Source: Callorhinchus milii (Eukaryota). Taken from it: a DNA stretch of 43,444 nt. The stretch covers positions 2,728,001-2,771,444 of the forward strand of contig NW_024704768.1 in assembly GCF_018977255.1 (NCBI RefSeq), read 5' to 3'. Position numbers and translations under genes: made by a program. Position 1 is the stretch's first letter, and each line of letters starts with the position of its first letter. The notes below the pieces were generated by a model. The model worked only from the letters and a program-made list of their open reading frames with translations. It was not told the origin of the DNA and did no database searches. Of the stretch, positions 1-10,640 are shown one piece after another.

Positions 1-400
1 AGACGTAGAGTGGGGTGGGAGGAGAGATGTAGAGTGGGGTGGGAGGAGAGACATTTAGGGGGAGGCACATGCAGAGACCGGGAGCCAGCAATCAGTGGGA
101 TGGCAGCAGCCCTCAGGCTTAGCCTCCCAGGTCCGCTCCCGAGTGAGTGGCTCCTCACCTGGCTGTGCTTTTCGACACGGCCTGGCGTTGGCTCCACCCC
201 ACGCTCTCCTACCTCCGCCCCCCAACATAGAGGGGGGAGTGTGCCAGAGATTTGGTGCATATTGGCTTAAAAGGTGGACCATTGGTGCAAAGGAGGGCAT
301 GGGGGTCAAGCAGAGGCAGCGGCTACTACAGGAGAATAAGGACAAGTCAAAGGGCTCTTCAGCAGTTTTTATTGGTTAACGGTTCAGACATCTCAGCCCC

Positions 401-3073
401 TCAGCAAAATTTGATATCTGACACCGCCACATTAACCACAGACATGTAGGTGAGGATTTCCATCTTCAGGCTGTTTTGGAACACAATCCGGTGACCAGTC
501 GAGAGGTTGATTTCAAACGTGTCGCCCAAGAAGGCAATCATAATCTGTAAATGGAAAGGAGTGTTTCGTGAGTGAATATTTCCCACGTCTGCGAGCTCGT
601 CACTCCCATCCTCACTGGGCTCCGCCACTCGTGCTTTCACTCACAATAAACTACATCTGACGCAAGTCTTCACTGGGCTCCACTGACTCCCGATCAAAGC
701 TATGGATCGATTTCAAGATCCTCTCACTCGTCTACAAATCCCTTCACCCACTGCCATTACCTTTCCATTACTCAACTACCCACTGCCTCCGCTCGGCTGT
801 CTCTGGCTTCCTGTTTGTCCCTCGTTCCCTCTCCGCCAATCCCTTCCTGTGATTTCAGTCACTACCCCTTGAAGCTTTGGGACTCTCTCCCAGATGCTGC
901 GCTGAATGAAGGGCGCTGTGCAAATGCAAGTTGTTGTTGTATCGAATATAAGGATTATTATGAGTATTCTCCTTTACTATTTACCTCCACTTGTTTCCCC
1001 CAAAAGAAGGGGAAGTTGTCATCTCTTTGCTCATGTCCCCATTCGCCATCTTTCCGGGTGGCCATGAAAATCTTTTTCTTATCACGCAGATGATTGAAAC
1101 GAGGGTCGAAGTGTAAGGCAATGTTTCTGTCATCTTTGCCAAGATTCACGGTGAATCTACAACTGGGCAGAACAGAGAGAAGCAAACGTTGTAAAATGCC
1201 GTTATTTGAATATTCTTACCTCTATGACCGGCAGAATGGGTCGTGGCACAGATATTGGGTTTAAAAGATAATTGAGGGTCGAACAAGACACAAATGTTCC
1301 GTACTGACTCAGTGAGGTCAGAGTGCATCTGTGAAGTGATGCTGCCAGGACCTGAGGTGAGGAGGTGCTGACGGGAGCCAAGTATTCAATTGGATAAAAT
1401 TGTCTCTCATCCAGGACTTGACGTCTGACAGACATCCATCAGGACAGCAGTGTCCTGGAGTCGAGGCTGGAGGCAGAGAGATCGAGTTGGGTATCAACAT
1501 TGGGTATCTACTAAAACTGTTCAGTTGTATCAATTGGATCAATTGAACAGACCCCGTGCGATTCAAAGCCCAAATCTGCTTCTCTTTAGCTCAGTCTGAG
1601 CCGCACGTGGGGATGTGATGAACGTGTTTGTTGGTCAAGACAGAAAAAACAGGATTCTCACCTCTCGACCTCCTCCAGAATCCTCCCTCTGATCCTCACC
1701 GCGTCTCCGGGCTGCATCTTCATTCCCGTCACTTCAAACAGCTGTGGTGTTGGGAGCAAAACACAGGGCAATGCATTACAACACTGACCCCCCCTAATAA
1801 TCAGCTCTGTTTGTGGGGTAAACCCTTTGCCCACAAAATACACATTCAATGCACTTTACAGTATATTCTGGGAAGCGCTTTTAAGACATCTCAACGACGT
1901 GATAAGGCACTGTATCAAATGCAAGGATTGATCATTATTATTATTAAATTAAGAGAGTGAGTCTCATTGTGGACGACAGTCCTTTTAGAGTGTTTGCAAC
2001 CACTCAAAACAGGTTCGGATTCGGTAATGTCAGATGTCAAGTTCTGGATGAGAGACAACTTTCTCCAATTGGTCAGAGTCTCCGGATGTTTTAATCACAG
2101 TAAACCTTTAATTATGCATACATGTGGAAAAAAAAGTCACGTCTATCTTAATAAAACAGAGCAATGCTACTGAGCTTTGCAGGTTCAGCACTTTGTCTTT
2201 ACGGCAAGCGAACTTTAGTTCTTCAAGCGATCAAGCCTCGCTCTCAGTCTTCTGTCTTCGTTGTCCAAGCTTTCAATCTTCGTTGTTCTCTGCAACCACT
2301 CAGCGATGCTCTCGAGTTAACTAACTTACTTAAGTTGGACCGCGGTTTTTATAAATGTTTTATAAATGACAGAGACGGGCTCCAGCCTTGGAAGGGAGAA
2401 GCAAGATGTCCTGTGTTGAAGAACAATGAGCAAAGCTGCTTTGTCTCAAAAGGGTCTGCTTATCTAGAAGATATGGGTACAAGGATGTGCCAGGGTCGAA
2501 TATGTTGGGTACGCTCTAAGATGCTTGATTGGAGAAGAAGGGGGGAAGATCCCTTAGGTGGAAGAACAAGTATAACTACCCTGAATTTAGGCAAGTAAGA
2601 CAGCAGATCCAACCAGACAAAGTATCTTTGAAGCACACATTGAGTCAGGTCGCAAGGGTCAACCCACACATTGTGTAACTGAGTTGACGGTTTGTGGCCT
2701 TGAGTCAGAACACGACGAACTGGTCAAGGTCCCACCCGCTTGGGGAGAACAAGATTGGAATGGGTGGCAGAGTGCCAGCACGACGATATTACTGTTAGTT
2801 CAAGTTCCTGTCTCAAGACCGTCCTCGCTGACTGTGATTTCGGTCAACTTTCCCCTCCCCCTCCCGAGGCCGGTACTGTTCATCTCATTGGGACGTGAAA
2901 AGCTCCGTATCAACGTCGATTCGTAACAATAATAATCCTTACATTTGATATAGCGTCTGATCTTCGAGAAGTCTCAAAGCGCTTTGCAGAACGTACTATA
3001 AAGTGAATCATATTGTATTATGTAAACTATTGCGCTGCCACATATCTGTCGGCCGCATTTAACTCACCTCCAT
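401..3073 (-). CDS. Prototype galectin (galectin-1/2-like), copy 1; exons complement(3068-3073, 1662-1741, 985-1156, 401-544), 133 aa
   Basis: Exons of 6/80/172/144 nt with GT-AG junctions; the 80- and 172-nt middle exons match the LGALS1 layout. Protein ME-LFEVTGMKMQPGDAVRIRGRILEEVERFTVNLGKDDRNIALHFDPRFNHLRDKKKIFMATRKDGEWGHEQRDDNFPFFWGKQVEIMIAFLGDTFEINLSTGHRIVFQNSLKMEILTYMSVVNVAVSDIKFC aligns without gaps to the galectin-1 core (LHFNPRF...WGxEQR). PolyA signal AATAAA on the minus strand at 368-373. Confidence 0.9.
670..940 (+). mobile_element. L2 LINE 3' fragment in galectin intron 3 (paralogous copies ~8730-9005 and ~17620-17910, minus)
   Basis: HW-P-IK--IDFKIL-LVYKSLH-like ORF2 C-terminus followed by ...gggcgctgtgcaaatgcaag(ttg)n tail. 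Confidence 0.7.
1250..1500 (-). mobile_element. L2 RT-region fragment in galectin intron 2 (paralogs ~8170-8420 and ~17065-17310, plus)
   Basis: Translates CLSDVKSWMRDNF(I/L)QLN...VRNIGVLFDPQLSF, the typical L2 ORF2 post-RT motif. Confidence 0.7.
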
Positions 3074-4458
3074 CCTTTCCTTTACGGAGATCAAACAAAG
3101 TAAGAGGTTCAAGTATCAGCTGAATTATGAGAGCAGAGGATCCTCACACTCGCTCCTCGAGCACCGTGTTGTGCTGTTCTGCGTGCGGTGTGATCATATA
3201 TGTAGGACATCGCGAATCCACAATGGCCTTGTGGAGGGGATGTGCAAGTGAGTTCCCAGGAAAGCAATCATTCACATGATCTGTTCCCAGGAAAGTGCTC
3301 GGGAGGGGAGAATTGTCTGAGAACCTGATTCTGATCCCGAGAATCACATTATTAGGAATTGGGAGGGGAAGTAAGATAAGAGAAAATAAAAAAGTAACCT
3401 TTAGAATTTTGGATGGTGATATAAACCGCTATAAAGAAATGCAAGGATTATTCCGACCGATCCTGGATCAGGTGTTTCTGCAGTTCCAGAATGAAACCGA
3501 CACAAAAAGCTCATTCCCCTGACACTGGGAATCAATCTCGTTCAGATTAAACAATAGTTCCTCCGGTGAACAAGTAAACCTCTTGTGCATTTTGTGGGCC
3601 AAACAAAGTCCAATTGTCAAAGACTGTTTGATTGAGTTGACAGCAGTTTGGGACTCAGACTCCCTTTATCTGAGGTACAGTCGACTTGAGGTACAGATCA
3701 GCCATGATCTACATAAATGACGCAAAAGGCTTGAAGGGCTGAATGGCCTCAAGTTGTTGTTGTTGTTGCTGTGCTGGGGCAGCGATGCAATGTCGGAGGC
3801 CTGATCCTTCAGGCGAGGGATGAAACATTAAACCAAGCTCCGTGCCTGTCTGTAGCTGCTCAGGTGGACGTTTAAGATCCAACAGCGCTTTTCGGCAAGA
3901 GAAGGGGTTCCGCCCAGTGTCCCGGCCAACAATCCCCCTCCCCCCGATAAAATTGGTTGTTGACTTCACGGCTGTTTGTGGGACATGCTCCCCACATGTC
4001 AGGGATCTAACCCAAATGCCAGGATTATTATTTGACTCGTCTACCAGACAGACACTATCAGGTGGAAGACAAGAGAGAGTGGGATTTGCTATAGTCACTG
4101 AACTTGATTTCCTTCCAATGAAATCTCTGAAGTTCTGGATCTAATATCAGTATCTCGTATACACATTCAATTCATTCTACAGTGAATCCTGTGAAGCGCT
4201 TTGAGACGTCTCGAAGACGTGACAAGCCATTGTAACTTGTGACTGTTATCTTCATGTTGGCTTCGGGTCACGGCCGGTTATCTGATCCTGTGTAACGAAG
4301 AGCATTTTTGGAGTGTGATGAGTTTTGTGTTAAGCAGAGAAACAAGTTGAACAGCGTTCCTTGCACAGGGCTGTGGCCGGGTCACGGACAACATGGGGAC
4401 TCCGTGGCAGAGACAAGGTTAGCCGGTGTCGAGTTATCAGGAGTTTTCTGGATCGAGA

Positions 4459-4994
4459 TGTAATGTCTGGAGCTGCCACTGGGCGGCGATGTAATGAACA
4501 TTACAATTGAACCATTGGATGTCAATGGACCAAAGGTCCTCCTGAGCCGCTTGTGTCGCCACCTTGTGGTGAGGTCCGGCCACTGCAGCAACAACTTACA
4601 TTTGCGCAGTGCCCCTCCCGCAGTGTAGGGTCCTGGAGCGCTTGACAATGGCGGAACGCAAAGCCAACCCCAGGGGATGGGGAGTGACCGTAGGCACAGG
4701 TCGAATAGGAAGGTCTTCAGGAGTGACCTGAAGATGGGGACGGAATGGACAACGCGAAGGGACAGAGGAAGTGTGTTCCAGAGTTTCAGGGCGTAGTGAC
4801 TGAAAGCGCAGCCGCCATTGGTGGAAAGGAGGGCACGAGGGACATGCAGGAACCCGGAGCCAGTCCAGTGTCATGTATCGCAACGTCTTGAGACGTGTTG
4901 AAGACGTGATGAGGCGCTGTATCAAATGCAAAGCTCGTTATTATAATGATGTTGGACCACAGCAGTGCCACCAGCGCGGGGCGAGTGGAACAGC
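4459..4994. promoter_or_regulatory. Cluster of extended CTCF-like motifs in the palindrome spacer
   Basis: + TGTAATGTC-N8-CCACTGGGCGGCG (4459-4488); - TGCAGTGGC-N9-CCACAAGGTGGCG (4557-4587); weaker minus site 4966-4994. Confidence 0.55.
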
Positions 4995-5316
4995 CGAGGC
5001 CTCTGATTAATCCCCCAATTCAGGTGCATTGAAGAGTAATAATCCTCGCGTTTCATACAGCGCCTCATCACGTCTTCGAGGCATCTCAAAGCGCTTCTCA
5101 GAATATTGTAAAGTGTAATGACTGTGTATTTTGTGGGGGAAACGCGGCAGCCATTGATGCACAGCGACGTCCCCACAAACAGTCGTGGATTGAAGTGACC
5201 AAATTATTATTTCTTTTTTTTGAAGGGAATATTACCACCGGAAAAGTGAACCACCAACCGACTAACAGGCGGGTTCCTACTGTCTGCTGGGTACACAGAG
5301 GTAGAGAAATAATTAC

Positions 5317-5462
5317 CCGAGTCGAGAGCCGGCGAGCTGCGGGGCCTCGAGAAACCCAGGGGAACCGAGCGGGAGTCGCGAGTAGCGAGGGCCATTGCAA
5401 ATTCCCCCCCTTAACGATGGTCGAAACTCGCAGCCGGACGTCACTTCCGGGCGCCATTTTGA
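5317..5462 (-). promoter_or_regulatory. CpG-rich housekeeping-type promoter/first exon (YY1 + ETS-CRE) ending in a splice donor
   Basis: Minus strand AAAATGGCG-CCCGGAAGTGACGTC, CpG-rich ~150 nt, ends CGG|gtaatt at 5317/5316. Confidence 0.5.
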
Positions 5463-5477
5463 AAGCCGTCCAAGTCG

Positions 5478-6186
5478 GGTCAGGTTAAGGGAGGAGAGGA
5501 GGGCAGTGAAATCAGCAGAGGTGGTGCAAAGGGAGTTTAGGTGGAGGTTGAAATTGCCCGATATGAGTAGGCGCTCGGCGCAGAGGGACAGGGAAGAGAG
5601 GAGAGTGGAAATGTCTGTGTGGAAGGAGCCGGGGGGTTTAGGGGGACGGTAAACAAGGAGAATTTTCAAAGGGAGAGAAGGGTGGAAAAGGGTGAGATGC
5701 TCAAAAGAGGGGAAGCAGCCAGAGGAGTAGGGGCTGAGGCCAAGGGAGGCTTTGGAGATGAGGGCCACCCCGCCGCCACGTTGGTTTGGATGGGGGTGTG
5801 TGGTGGAAGGTGCAGCCTGGAGGGAAGGCTTCCACTAGGGGTTCGGGGTCATTGGGGGAGAGCCAGGTTTCGGTGAACCCAAGGATGTCAAGGTGCTCGT
5901 CCAGGATGAGGTCGTGGATGGTGAGGGCTTTGTTTGAGAGGGAACGGACATTTTGAAGGGAAATGCGGGTGGGTTTGCTGGAGGTGGGGGAGGGAGGAGA
6001 GAGTGATGCGGAGAGGATTTTGGGGTGTATAGGAGAGATGGTTGTGGAGGGTGGAGAGTTGGGGAGGGTACATGTGAGGGAGTGGGAAGTTGGGTTTGCC
6101 TTAAGGAGGTGGTTTGAGCGGAGGGAGTGAATGATTGGACACGTGGGGTTGCTGTTCTGGGACAGCCAGTGCCTGGAGCCACGATG
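5478..6186 (-). mobile_element. L2-clade LINE fragment, ORF2 apurinic endonuclease domain, frameshifted and truncated
   Basis: LQNVRSLSNK...LDILGFTETWL...RGG(frameshift)VALI...LVYRPP...LLISGNFNLH, the APE motifs of CR1/L2 LINEs. Confidence 0.85.
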
Positions 6187-7187
6187 GTCTGGTAGACGAG
6201 TCAAGTAATAATCCTGGCATTTGAGTTAGATCCTTGACATGTGGGGAGCATGTCCCACAAACAGCTGTGAAGTTAACAACCAATTTTATCGGGGGGAGGG
6301 GGATTGTTGGCCGGGACACTGGGCGGAACCCCTTCTCTTGTCGAAAAGCGCTGTTGGATCTTAAACGTCCACCTGAGCAGCTACAGATAGGCACGGAGCT
6401 TGGTTTAACGTCTCATCCCTCACCTGAAGGATCAGGCCTCCGACATTGCATCGCTGCCCCAGCACAGCAACAACAACAACAACCACTTGGATTTATATCG
6501 CGCCCTCCACGCAGGACGGCGTCTCAGAGCGCTTTACAGTAAGGGATCCCGGGACCGAACCAGGGGGAGGGGGAGGAAGGTGACCCAAGACGCGGTCGAA
6601 AAGAAAGGTCTTCAGCACTGGAAATTCATCTTAGACTATTTGGGTTCCAAGTCCACACAATCTTCTGACTCGAGGCAAGCGAGAGAGTGCTGCTGACTGA
6701 GCCAGGCTTATGCCCAGATAAGAACAGGATGAGGCCATTCAGCCCTTCAAGCCTTTTGCGTCATTTATGTAGATCATGGCTGATCTGTACCTCAAGTCGA
6801 CTGTACCTCAGATAAAGGCAGTCTGAGTCCCAAACTGCTGTCAACTCAATCAAACAGTCTTTGACAATTGGACTTTGTTTGGCCCACAAAATGCACAAGA
6901 GGTTTACTTGTTCACCGGAGGAACTATTGTTTAATCTGAACGAGATTGATTCCCAGTGTCAGGGGAATGAGATTTTTGTGTCGGTTTCATTCTGGAACTG
7001 CAGAAACACCTGATCCAGGATCGGTCGGAATAATCCTTGCATTTCTTTATAGCGGTTTATACCACCATCCAAAATTCTAAAGGTTACTTTTTTATTTTCT
7101 CTTATCTTACTTCCCCTCCCAATTCCTAATAATGTGATTCTCGGGATCAGAATCAGGTTCTCAGACAATTCTCCAGTCCCGAGCACT

Positions 7188-7286
7188 TTCCTGGGAACAG
7201 ATCATGTGAATGATTGCTTTCCTGGGAACTCACTTGCACATCCCCTCCACAAGGCCATTGTGGATTCGCGATGTCCTACATATATG
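7188..7286 (+). promoter_or_regulatory. Galectin copy 2 proximal promoter: two TTC-N4-GAA (STAT6-type) sites and a TATA-like box
   Basis: TTCCTGGGAA at 7188-7197 and 7219-7228; CATATATG at 7279-7286. Mirrored at 3195-3293 for copy 1. Confidence 0.55.
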
Positions 7287-7408
7287 ATCACACCGCACGC
7301 AGAACAGCACAACACGGTGCTCGAGGAGCGAGTGTGAGGATCCTCTGCTCTCATAATTCAGCTGATACTTGAACCTCTTACTTTGTTTGATCTCCGTAAA
7401 GAGAAAGG

Positions 7409-9275
7409 ATGGAGGTGAGTTAAATGCGGCCGACAGATATGTGGCAGCGCAATAGTTTATATGCTTGCTGTAAAGACAAAGTGCTGAACCTGCAAAGCTC
7501 AGTAGCATTGCTCTGTTTTATTAAGATAGACGTGACTTTTTTTTCCACATGTATGCATAATTAAAGGTTTACTGTGATTAAAACATCCGGAGACTCTGAC
7601 CAATTGGAGAAAGTTGTCTCTCATCCAGAACTTGACATCTGACATTACCGAATCCAAACCTGTTTTGAGTGGTTGCAAACACTCTAAAAGGACTGTCGTC
7701 CACAATGAGACTCACTCTCTTAATTTAATAATAATAATGATCAATCCTTGCATTTGATACAGTGCCTTATCACGTCGTTGAGATGTCTTAAAAGCGCTTC
7801 CCAGAATATACTGTAAAGTGCATTGAATGTGTATTTTGTGGGCAAAGGGTTTACCCCACAAACAGAGCTGATTATTAGGGGGGGTCAGTGTTGTAATACA
7901 TTGCCCTGTGTTTTGCTCCCAACACCACAGCTGTTTGAAGTGACGGGAATGAAGATGCAGCCCGGAGACGCGGTGAGGATCAGAGGGAGGATTCTGGAGG
8001 AGGTCGAGAGGTGAGAATCCTGTTTTTTCTGTCTTGACCAACAAACACGTTCATCACATCCCCACGTGCGGCTCAGACTGAGCTAAAGAGAAGCAGATTT
8101 GGGCTTTGAATCGCACGGGTTCTGTTCAATTGATCCAATTGATACAACTGAACAGTTTTAGTAGACACCCAATGTTGATACCCAACTCGATCTCTCTGCC
8201 TCCAGCCTCGACTCCAGGACACTGCTGTCCTGATGGATGTCTGTCAGACGTCAAGTCCTGGATGAGAGACAATTTTCTCAATTGAATACTTGGCTCCCGT
8301 CAGCACCTCCTCACCTCAGGTCCTGGCAGCATCACTTCACAGATGCACTCTGACCTCACTGAGTCAGTACGGAACATTGGTGTCTTGTTCGACCCTCAAT
8401 TATCTTTTAAACCCAACATCTGTGCCACGACCCATTCTGCCGGTCATAGAGGTAAGAATATTCAAATAACGGCATTTTACAACGTTTGCTTCTCTCTGTT
8501 CTGCCCGGTTGCAGATTCACCGTGAATCTTGGCAAAGATGACAGAAACATTGCTTTACACTTCGACCCTCGTTTCAATTTTCTGGGTGGCATCAAAAAGA
8601 TTTTCATGGCCACCCGGAATGATGGCGAATGGGGACATCAGCATCAAGATGACAACTTCCCCTTCTATTGGGGGAAACAAGTGGAGGTATATAGTAAAGG
8701 ACAATACTCATAATAATCCTTATATTCGATACAACAACAACTTGCATTTGCACAGCGCCCTTCATACAGCGCAGCATCTGGGAGAGAGTCCCAAAGCTTC
8801 AAGGGGTAGTGACTGAAATCACAGGAAGGGATTGGCGGAGAGGGAACGAGGGACAAACAGGAAGCCAGAGACAGCCGAGCGGAGGCAGTGGGTAGTTGAG
8901 TAATGGAAAGGTAGAGAGGTGCCAGTGGGTGAAGGGATTTGTAGACGAGTGAGAGGATCTTGAAATCGATCCATAGCTTTGATAGGGAGTCAGTGGAGCC
9001 CAGTGAAGACTTGCGTCAGATGTAGTTTATTGTGAGTGAGAGCACGAGTGGCGGAGCCCAGTGAGGATGGGAGTGACGAGCTCGCAGACGTGGGAAATAT
9101 TCACTCACGAAACACTCCTTTCCATTTACAGATTATGATTGCCTTCTTGGGCGACACGTTTGAAATCAACCTCTCGACTGGTCACCGGATTGTGTTCCAA
9201 AACAGCCTGAAGATGGAAATCCTCACCTACATGTCTGTGGCTAATATGACTGTGTCCGATATCAAATTTTGCTGA
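7409..9275 (+). CDS. Prototype galectin (galectin-1/2-like), copy 2; exons 7409-7414, 7931-8010, 8515-8686, 9132-9275, 133 aa
   Basis: ATG GAG|gtgagt micro-exon, then 80/172/144-nt exons with canonical splice sites and an open frame. CRD reads LHFDPRFNFLGGIKKIFMATRNDGEWGHQHQ. AATAAA at 9303-9308. Confidence 0.9.
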
Positions 9276-9625
9276 GGGGCTGAGATGTCTGAACCGTTAA
9301 CCAATAAAAACTGCTGAAGAGCCCTTTGACTTGTCCTTATTCTCCTGTAGTAGCCGCTGCCTCTGCTTGACCCCCATGCCCTCCTTTGCACCAATGGTCC
9401 ACCTTTTAAGCCAATATGCACCAAATCTCTGGCACACTCCCCCCTCTATGTTGGGGGGCGGAGGTAGGAGAGCGCGGGGTGGAGCCAAGGCCAGGCCGTG
9501 TCGAAAAGCACAGCCAGGTGAGGAGCCACTCACTCGGGAGCGGACCTGGGAGGCTAAGCCTGAGGGCTGCTGCCATTCCACTGATCGCTGGCTCCCGGTC
9601 TCTGCATGTGCCTCCCCCTAAATGT

Positions 9626-9830
9626 CTCTCCTCCCACCCCCCCTCTACATCTCTCCTCCCACCCCACTCTACGTCTCTCCTCCCACCCCACTCTACGTCT
9701 CTCCTCCCACCCCACTCTACACCTCTCCTCCCACCCCACTCTACATCTCTCCTCCCACCCCACTCAACATCTCTCCTCCCACCCCACTCTACATCTCTCC
9801 TCACACCCCTCTCTATGTTTCTCCTCCCAC
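9626..9830. repeat. 24-bp minisatellite (CTCTCCTCCCACCCCACTCTACAT)n, ~8 units; mirror copy at 1-50
   Basis: Directly visible tandem units. Confidence 0.9.
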
Positions 9831-10313
9831 CGCCCCTCCCCCATCCGCTACTCTCCCCTCTGTCCTTCTCTCCCACCGCCCTCCCCGGCTTCTCTCTCTC
9901 CTCGACCCCATCACCATTTCCCTTTGCTACCAGAGAGACAATATCAGGTGGAAGACAAGAGAGAGTGGGATTTGCTATTGTCGTGGAACTTGATTTCCTT
10001 CCATTGAAATCTCTGAACCTCTGGATCTAATATCAGTATCTCGTAGCTCAATGGTTTGGGCAATCGCCTCACAAGCAAGAGGACCTGGGTTCGATTCCCG
10101 GGCAGAGCAAAACCTTGCATATACATCACTCTGATTCAATACTGCAAGAGTCAAAGTAAATGACACATAAAATTAATCAGAATATCTTCAAGTAATATGA
10201 GGAACGTTGGCATTGCAGCATTTATAGATACTCCTGTTCCAGATATTCTCCCCAATATTTTCAAACCATCAGCTGAACTCGTCTTTAAAGACTACCACTT
10301 CTCCCTCTTTAAC

Positions 10314-10640
10314 GTGGAGTCCTGTAGCTCAGTGGTTAGAGCACTCGCTTTGCAAGCGAGAGACCTGAGTTCAATTCCAGGCAGAGGGCGAAACCTTGGG
10401 CAAGTTTCCTTACTCCACACAGAGCCTAATAATAATCCCTCCAAAACCAAACACAATAATAAATTGGTCATTTTCAATCTACGACTGTTTGTGGGACATT
10501 GCTGTGCGCAATTGGCTGCCGCGTTCGCCCACAAATATACAGTCAATTCACTTTACAGTGTATTCTGTAAAGCGCTTTGGGACGTCCTCCCGACGTGATA
10601 AGCGCTATATCAAATGCAAGGATTATTATTATTATTATTA
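10314..10640 (+). mobile_element. Full-length young tRNA-derived SINE (Deu-core remnant, L2-like 3' tail, (TAT)n)
   Basis: tRNA-like head with A box (tagctcagtgg) and B box (gttcaattcc), body gtgggacattgctgtgcgcaattggctgccgcgtt, tail gcgctatatcaaatgcaagga(tta)n. Many near-identical copies in the window. Confidence 0.9.

Larger units (their letters stand above)
1..4049 (-). repeat. Left arm of large inverted segmental duplication (partner 6187-9676)
   Basis: Reverse complement of 6187-9676 over the whole galectin gene and flanks, ~98% identical in introns. Indels: ~2210-3022 is present only here and ~6483-6730 only in the right arm. Probably continues left of the window. Confidence 0.93.
6187..9676 (+). 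repeat. Right arm of large inverted segmental duplication (partner 1-4049)
   Basis: Mirror-image ORF translations (e.g. 1628..1960+ vs 7712..8044-) and direct reverse-complement match. Confidence 0.93.

Noticed and set aside
9406-10030. Repetitive ORFs on both strands (GGRRDVEW / PPHSTSLL repeats)
   Set aside because: Translation of a 24-bp minisatellite downstream of the galectin polyA signal.
10040-10110. tRNA-like sequence (also ~12352-12422 and all SINE heads, apparent anticodons TGC/CAC/CGC)
   Set aside because: No proper acceptor stem; it continues into SINE body sequence (gcagag-gcgaaaccttg). These are SINE heads, not tRNA genes.
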